NCBI GenBank assembly: GCA_040285825.1 | Contig: JAUPSS010000002.1 | Coordinates: 62,001 to 126,000 of the forward strand | Length of the DNA stretch: 64,000 nucleotides | DNA from: Eukaryota sp. TZLM1-RC | Taxonomy: Eukaryota; Protista; Metamonada: BaSk clade | Direction: 5' to 3' | Shown: in pieces, positions 56,150 through 64,000 of the stretch | Layout: each line of letters begins with the position of its first letter | Numbering within the stretch: position 1 is the stretch's first letter | The notes under the pieces: model-generated | Database searches by the model: none | What the model was told of the DNA's origin: nothing | Seen by the model: only the letters and a program-made list of their open reading frames with translations | Made by a program: the position numbers and the translations under genes

Positions 56150-57242
56150 TATTTATTTACCAGAAAACCTATAAATCACCATCTAAAAAATTCACCTCTC
56201 CCAAAACGAAACAACTAGATGTAACTCTCTCATAGTGAGATCCAAATGAAAGCAAAACATCAGAAAACATCTTAAACATCCCCTTAAAAATAAAAAACAC
56301 AATTCTATTTTGCCAAAACAATCTGTTGAAATTTCTGTTAGTTTTTCTCTTTACAATCATTTCGAAATCTGACAAAAAGCGTAAAGCCGGGGGAATAAGT
56401 GAACCAAATAGAGAAAATACAAATGGATACAAATTTTCTTTTGCATGCTGTTGGCCAGACAATTTGGACAAAAATTCTTTGTATTTTTTGATTTTGAAAA
56501 TTTCAGCCTTTGAAAGAGGATTATGAATTTCAGAATTAGCAAGCCTTTCATTTGAGACATTACAACGATCAGCAGACATAACATTCAATAAAATGAAGGT
56601 TCCATCGAGTCCAGCTAATATGACATCACTTCCAATATTTTTATGAAAATCATCTTCAGTATCAAACAAATTTGACAACAGAGGTTCCAAAAAGGATTCA
56701 ATTCTATGAAACTTACACATACAATGAAATTGGTCTCCTACAACATCGTGAACCTTGCTTCTATAAGTAATAAAATGCTTTCAATTTAACAAATGAGTAA
56801 TTGTAATTTTCAGAGAACATTTACAAATTCAATTATGAGGTAAATTATCATGCCAGATAAAGGAACGAAATCTTACATTCAAAGTCCAAGCAGAATCAGT
56901 TAAGAGAATGCCATATACTTGAGGAATTGTTGTTACTAAGGCAGAAGATGTACTATCACACATATCTTGCAAAATATTTGCAAATGCGGGATTCTTTTTC
57001 ATGGCGAAGCCAAGTCTAACATCAAAATCCAAGCTTTCAAAAACCTTTGACAATTTTTGTTGAAGCTTTTTACTGCAAAACTGCAAATTAAAAAAAAGAT
57101 TGGTTTGGAATTTTTTGAACTGATTGGGGAAAACATTTGGTCCAGATTGGTGGCGGCAAACTATCGAGTTCACAAGATACCTCATTCAAATATGGACTGC
57201 AACTAGGAACTAACAGATGAGAATCTTCAGGAAATCTACGAG
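56150..57242 (-). mobile_element. 3' part of CRE-like family 2b, interrupted by LTR element D
   Basis: Inverted close homolog of ~49170-50250; homology stops exactly at the LTR starting at 57243. Confidence 0.9.
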
Positions 57243-57323
57243 TGTTGGCGCCCTAAGGCTTATATAATATGAATAGAAAATAAATCAGACTTTTTTCTTT
57301 ACTACAATAGACTTTAGGCAACA
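57243..57323 (+). repeat. 5' LTR of element D (81 bp)
   Basis: Equals the C LTR with a T-run longer by 2. Confidence 0.95.
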
Positions 57324-57583
57324 ATAATTATTGGCCATTTTAAAGTCAAAAGGTATACCATAACTTCAGCATTAGTGAACATCTTCAGACACTTTACAGC
57401 ATGTCAGACATCTCCCAACCAGATATCTCTGACTCTAATCCACCACTTAATATGCAGCAGGTACCAGCGTCACATACACATGATATAGAGGGCAACGAGG
57501 CAACGGACCCGGATCCCACCTCCCCCTCCCTTAATGTAGAAGAAGATGAAAGAGTGGACGAGGTCCCTCCATCTTCAACAACA

Positions 57584-57880
57584 GAAGAGGTAACGAGAAC
57601 GGACCCGGCTCCCTCTCCCCTCAGGAAAAAAGAAACAGAAGAGGTAACGAGAACGGACCCGGCTCCCTCTCCCCTCAAAGCAATGGAAGAGGCAACGAGA
57701 ACGGACCCGGCTCCCTCTCCCCTCAGGAAAAAAAGAAACAGATGAGGCAACGAGAACGGACCCGGTTCCCTCTCCCCTCAGGAAAAAAGAAACAGATGAG
57801 GTTACGAGAACGGACCCGGCTCCCTCTCCCCTCAAAGCAATGGAAGAGGCAACGAGAACGGACCTGGCTCCCTCTCCCCT
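57584..57880 (+). repeat. Coding minisatellite in gag of element D (6 units)
   Basis: ACGAGAACGGACCCGGCTCCCTCTCCCCTC-like unit six times, versus four in C. Confidence 0.9.
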
Positions 57881-60800
57881 CCCAATTCTAGAACCTGTCT
57901 CAAAGGGAACGGATGGAGATCCCACCTTAGACACGTCTTCCCCATTAGGAGAATATGAAGAAATTCAATCTCAACTAGATGAAATGGAGGGAGAAGACGA
58001 CTCTTCTGAGGGGTTCTACAAGTTATTAAGAGAGGACGCGGAGGCTTACCTCGAACCAACAGATTTCTATCTGTTCGAGCAACTTCCCCCTTTATGGAGT
58101 TACGTTCAAAAAAGAGGCAGAAACGTTGGTTTTCAGACCCTCGGAATGATTGGGGATACCCAAAAGGTATTGGAAATTCCCCTCAATGAAAGGAATGAAC
58201 TCATAAAGGCACTCGATAAATTGAGTAGAGAGACATTCGGGCGTAACGCAGAACGCCGCCCCAGAATCTCTGGAATGGACAAGAGAATCAATGAATTGAT
58301 GTCTCTTCCCATCAAAGATAGATTGGATTGGAAGGCCTCCTTCCTAGATCAATACGGCAGGAGAATAAGGTTTCTCTCCATCGAACAGAGAAGTAGGACC
58401 GACTCGGAAGACATCCTACAATCCAAATTGCCTGCCTGGTTTGATCCTAACTTTGATACGGAAATCCATAATTACACGGAGCTGACAGAGGGTGCTCCCA
58501 CATATTTTAGGGAATTTATGGAGCAGGAGGATAGTAGTGAACAAGACAAGCTTGAACCAGTAACCCCCTGGTTTGATGCAGACGCTCTAAATAACATTCA
58601 TACGGAACGATCAGCTGTATCCACGTATAGGAGCCGTCCTAACAACTACACCCAACAACATGGTAACTCGTTCACAAAACAACGAGAGTTTAGACAATGG
58701 GTAACGGGAGATCCATCCACATCTCTCCACCTTCCCAAACTGCCTGTTGTAGCCCCTATAATTTCTGAAAAAGCCAACCAATACAGGTCTGCTCTATCGA
58801 CAGCATACCCGATCATGTTCCAACAGTGAACGTCCCGGAACCTGTAACAAGACAAGACGTTGCACCTCAGGAAGAACCAACTTCCTCTCAACCCATGGAA
58901 AGTGAAATTGGAGAAGACATTGAGTTGAACGGGCCAGTCGTTGGAGAAACGGCTCCTCCTCAACCCTCAGTAAGAGACTCTTCTTCCGATAGACCTATGC
59001 GTATTGAGGACCTACAATCCTCAAGAAGAGCTATTGACATGAGCATAGCTAGTAGCCTTCATAGACAGATTGATCCACGGTCTAAGGATATCGACTATAA
59101 AAGACCTCGATTATCCGCTGATGACCCTATTAACAAAATGTCTATCATAGCTTTTCTTTTAAAATTTCAAACTTGGGATAAATACGGGCGAAAGATAGTT
59201 AATAGAAGCTTCGAAGCCCCAGGTCAATCAGATTGGACCAGAGCCTTTATGATAGCTACCCAGCTATTTGGAGAAGGCCAAGCAGAAATAACCCAAGATA
59301 GGATTAAAGATCTCCCCAAACATATACGCGACGAGATCACCAGGGATACAACACAGCCTTTGGTAAGGATTGATCCAGCTATAACAGATAAGCTCGGACC
59401 CCCAATCCACCATTATGATTTATTTAGGAGCATGATGATGAGCACTTGCCCCACAGGAATATCCAGCATGATCGACCCTAGCCTTCTATCTAGATGGCAG
59501 AGTCAAGGTTTACTCGGTGTTGATTATACCGACGCCGACGTCATGGTATTTCTGTTAAAAAGAACGCAATTCACATCATATCATGAGGCTTGTACAGCTC
59601 TAATGAAGCCTAGAATAAATTGGAGGAAAATCCACAATAGGCATGAGGCTGACAACGAGTTTGGTCGTTATGTAGAAGATTTTGGAGACGTCTTGAGAAT
59701 GACCACCTACATGACCGACCTAACCATCCCCGATTTAATTAGAGGAAGCAGTGGGTTGATAACCATATCTCCCGCTCTAATAGCCGAGTACTTCCTTATG
59801 GGTCTGGATAACTTTGCTATATCAAGCGAACTCCTCCCAGTATGGACTAGGGAATCCTTGTGGGACTCACCGAACAGAACAACTCTACTCGATTTGATAT
59901 CGACAACGAGAAGACATTTCCTCGCTTGGTGTTACACAGCAGGAAACAAGCCCACAATGGATGTACTAAGGAACAGGGCTAACGAAGAAGATATTCCTTT
60001 GGGACTCACGGCAATGAGAACTTACTCAAGAGGAGTAACACCATCAGCCCAGGCTCCAACAAAACGAGCAAGACGATCAGGTGGAAAGTCAAGAGGAACC
60101 CCTCAACACAAATACATCCCTGAAAAGCATGAACGAGAAGGGTCAAAATTCTGTACATTCTGCAGCAACGTCGAAGGTAACAATCCTGTTGGCCACACTG
60201 TATTCGAATGCAAAGATCCTCGTTGTGCTAGAAGCAGAGTTCCCAAAGAAGAAAGATTCAGATTAGGAGAACAGGAGGCGCCTGCTAGTAGAGGCAGTGT
60301 AGAAAGGGGCCGAGGTGGCCGTGGTAGACGTGTACATAGATTCAAATTTAGAGGCCGTGGAGGCCGTTATAGAGGTCATAAAGGAAGAGGTCAGTACAGA
60401 CCTATACATAACATAAACACAACAGAGGACATATCATCAAACGCATCCCCTACTGAGTCAAAACCGACCCGTTCGAGTACGGTTCCTCACAGACGGATCA
60501 ACAACAGCAACCGGAACAGCAGGACAGGCAACTTTCCTAATCGGGTACATATCAACGCAATCAATCACAACCAATCAACAACCGATTTAGGAAACCCAGT
60601 CAACAACTTTCCAACAGCTCAACAAAATCTTTTAATTCCTCTACAAATTCACCAAACCAGCTCTGATATCAATAGCATTTTTGATATTAATTCTACGGTT
60701 AGTGAAAACCACGTCAGGTCCCAGCGTTCTCCATTTCTAAGACTGGAGATATCAATAAATGATATTAAAATGATTGCGACTATAGATTCGGCTGCGTTTT

Positions 60801-63800
60801 GTTCAGTTATTACTGCAGATTTAGCTGAACAATGCCATATGTCAATCAATAGCAAGGATACTATTAAGTTCTTACCAGCTAATAACGTATCCACAAAATC
60901 GCTAGGGAGTGCAACTGGTATTCTGTCGTTCAACGTAGGAAGCATTGCGCAACAAGTTCACTATAAACATACTCTTCCCATAATCCCGGGTTCGAACAAA
61001 TTATTAATAGGGACAGACATGTTAAAAGCACTTGGGCTTCAGACGGATGATGGTCTTTTCATTAGATTAGACAAAGAACACCGCACTTTGCTAAATGCAG
61101 AATCAGAATTCGACTCTAGGATCGCTCAACATTCGATTGGGAACTTAGATAACCAATCACCAAGTCCTTCTGATTTTGAGGAGCAATTAGCAAGATCTGG
61201 ATGTGAGATAAATTTAGATGATAGTAATAATAAATTAAAATTAACGAGTCTACTAAAATTATTCAGCGATGTTTTTAGTGAAACTCCTAATAGAAAAGGA
61301 ATCGATTGTAATCCTCTAACAATCCCCTTTAGAGATGAGAATGCTATAGTACATAAACCTGCTAGACGGTTAAATCCCAGCAAAATGGAAATAGCAAACA
61401 AAATATTTGATGAACTGATCGAAATGGGCTATGCAGTTGAATCTAATTATAAATTCAGCTCTCCTATTGTCTTAGTTATATACCCTGACGGCAAAAAAAC
61501 CCAGGTTAACTGGAGACTTTAGTGGTAAAGATGGAGTTAATGCCCATACGATTTCAGTAGAGCCTAATCTACCTAGGATTAGTGATATATTAGAATTTTT
61601 GAGTAGAGCAAATTACATCGCCACGCTTGATTTACCAAAAGCTTTCTGGCAGATGAATGTTGCTGAGAAGGATATTGAGAAAACATCAATCTCAATCCCT
61701 GGAAGATCAATTATGTTTAAAAAGAGCTTGCTTCGGATTAAAGAACATCCCAGCAGTTTTCCAAAATGTAATGATGGAAATATTCCAAATTGATGGCGTT
61801 TTTATATATATTGATGATATCATAATAGTTGGAACGACTTTCGAAGATTTCTATAAGTGATTACAAAGAGTCCTCCAATGCGCCAGAAATAGACGTGTAA
61901 ATATAGGCTTACGTAAATGTAAATTCGTAACATCAAAACACCCTATCGACATTTTAGGAAGTACCTTCCAGGATAAAACTAGATTTATAAGTAAGAAAAA
62001 AATCGAAGCCTTGATGAGAATCCCTAGACCAAAAACAGTGAAAGAAGTTCGCTCATTGGTAGGATCCATCAATTATATTAGAGATTGGCTTCCAGGTATT
62101 TCTGAATTAATTGCTCCAATTAACGAGCTAATTAAAGGAAAACCCAGAATAATTAAATGGACTTGCAAGCATGACGATTACTTAAAACAAATAAAAGACC
62201 TAATAGTAAACCACATGCCCCTTGAATTACCAGCTCCGGGCAAGCGAGTATTGATAAGTACTGACGCATCAGATGTAGCAGTAGGAGGTGTTATTTGGCA
62301 AGAAATTGAACCCTACTCCCCTGCAGGAACCCCGCTAAATAAAAGGAAAGTGAAACCTTTGTCATTCTATAGTAGATTACTTACAGAAACACAAAGAAAA
62401 TGGTCCACCTTACAAAAAGAATTATACGCAATACTTCTGATTTTAACTGAAAGTTGTTTAGAAAGCTACTTGTTAACTAGACATTTAACAATTTTCACAG
62501 ATCATAAAAACATTGCATTCCTGGCTACAGCCCCAGAGAAAAATAGAATTGTAAAGAGATGGCTGCCGATACTATCTGAATTCGACTTTGACATAGTCCA
62601 CGAACCTGGTGAAGACAACCATTGGGCAGATATGTTATCGAGGAATATTGATTTGGATCAAAACGAGGAAACTCCTTCTATTTGTAGTATAAATATACCA
62701 GACACTTTACTTTCAAATTACGAGATACCTCCACTAGACGATGATTCTGATTCGGATCTTGAAGACATCCCTTCAATCTCATCTCTAAGTAGACACCAAG
62801 ACCTACCTATTTTTTCTTCTTGGCTGTCTAAGATAAGATCTGAACAACAAATAGCCAAAAACAACAACGACTCTTTATTTGATAACGCAATTCTAGATGT
62901 AAACACTCAAATTTGGAAAAATAATAAAAACAAAATTTTGATTCCAAAGAGCCTCAGAAAACAGGCACTATTATTAATACATGGTTTGGTTCAATCTGGT
63001 CACCCCAGCAAAAACGATAGTTTACACAAACTGTCCAAAAGTGATTTCTACTGGCCCAATATGAGAAAGGACCTTATTAATCATGTCAAAAGATGCCCAA
63101 CTTGTCAAAAAACGGCTCCAGTTAAAAGATCAAAAACACCTTCCACAGGATCTTTATGGGCAGATCGTCCTTTGCCAGATTAAATGTCGATACAATTGGA
63201 CCCCTAAATTCTGACAACGAAGGAAATAAATATCTATTAGTATTTGTAGACTCTTTTACTGGATATACAATTTTAGTCCCTCTAAAAGAACTCAATGCCT
63301 TAGAAACCGCAGATGCCTTGATTTGGAATGTTTGCGCTATCTTTGGCATACCTATGTTAATTCATAGTGATAATGGACCTGAGTTCGCCAATGAGACTTT
63401 CAAAATAGTGTGTAACAGATTAGCGATTGAGATGAGTAACTCAATTCCCCACTATTCAGAAAGTAATGGACTTGTAGAACGTAAACATAGAGACGTTCTT
63501 CAATGCTTAAGGAAACTATTAATAGATTTCAATGATTACGGAAATTGGTCTACATACGTACCTATATCCCAACTATTAATAAATTCTACTAAAAGCAGAA
63601 AAACTGGTTTTACCCCATACGAACTCATGTTCGGTTCTTCGATTAGTCCAAGAACAGACCCTGCTAATATATTAGGAAATTTATCCAAATTTGAAACTAA
63701 TATCCCTTTATTAGATGACATCAAAATGAAAAACACTCGTCTACAAGAAAAAAAGGGAAGAAGCAGAGCGTCACCAAACATTAAATACTCCGTCTTCAGT

Positions 63801-64000
63801 AGATAATACTAATTCGTGTTTTATAGTATTTAATATTGGTGACTACGTCTTACGTAAAACCAAGCAAAATAATAAATTGCATGGATCTTGGAATGGACCA
63901 TTTTTAGTTATTGACCTTCCTTCCAAATCCACTTTATTATTGAAGAATCTTACTACTGGCACAGAATTAAAAGCTGCCAAGAAAGATTGCAAAATCTATA

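Larger units (their letters stand above)
57243..64000 (+). mobile_element. Second copy of the element C family (element D), disrupted, running off the window
   Basis: 81-bp 5' LTR; gag-pol near-identical to C but with several homopolymer frameshifts and AGA>TGA at 61858-61860. Confidence 0.96.

Noticed and set aside
57246-57253. TGGCGCCC resembling a tRNA-Lys primer-binding site
   Set aside because: It lies 3 nt inside the LTR 5' end rather than after the LTR, and the match stops at 8 nt.
57584-57880. Regularly spaced ~30-bp repeats resembling a CRISPR array (also 30139-30345)
   Set aside because: The spacers are related to each other and the units are in-frame coding repeats within gag; no cas genes; eukaryotic context.
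57726-63760. Frameshifts in element D as programmed frameshifting
   Set aside because: They occur in homopolymer runs and are absent from intact element C; mutation or sequencing error is more likely.

Overview
Eukaryotic, repeat-rich genomic DNA, inferred to be from an intron-poor flagellated protist (a 32-nt GT-AG intron plus POP1, TRM7 and CC2D2A/MKS6 genes). Main contents: (1) a tandem array of 8 tristetraprolin/ZFP36-like CCCH zinc-finger genes with a ~1.56-kb period (7178-33624). Two different, very young Ty3/gypsy LTR retrotransposons with chromodomain-like integrase tails and tiny LTRs (155 and 79 bp) have inserted into it at almost the same position of the repeat unit. (2) Further copies and relics of this gypsy lineage, which has a 12-bp palindrome where a tRNA primer-binding site is expected. 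(3) Many 5'-truncated CRE/SLACS-like non-LTR retrotransposons with ~12-14 bp target-site duplications and no poly(A) tail. (4) Two degraded Fanzor (eukaryotic TnpB-like RNA-guided nuclease) genes, each hit by a CRE insertion, one followed by a candidate omega-RNA hairpin. (5) Host genes POP1, a two-RRM protein, a prokaryote-type DUF3006 protein (lateral transfer candidate), TRM7/FTSJ1 and CC2D2A. All family assignments come from motif recognition by eye; no database searches were run.
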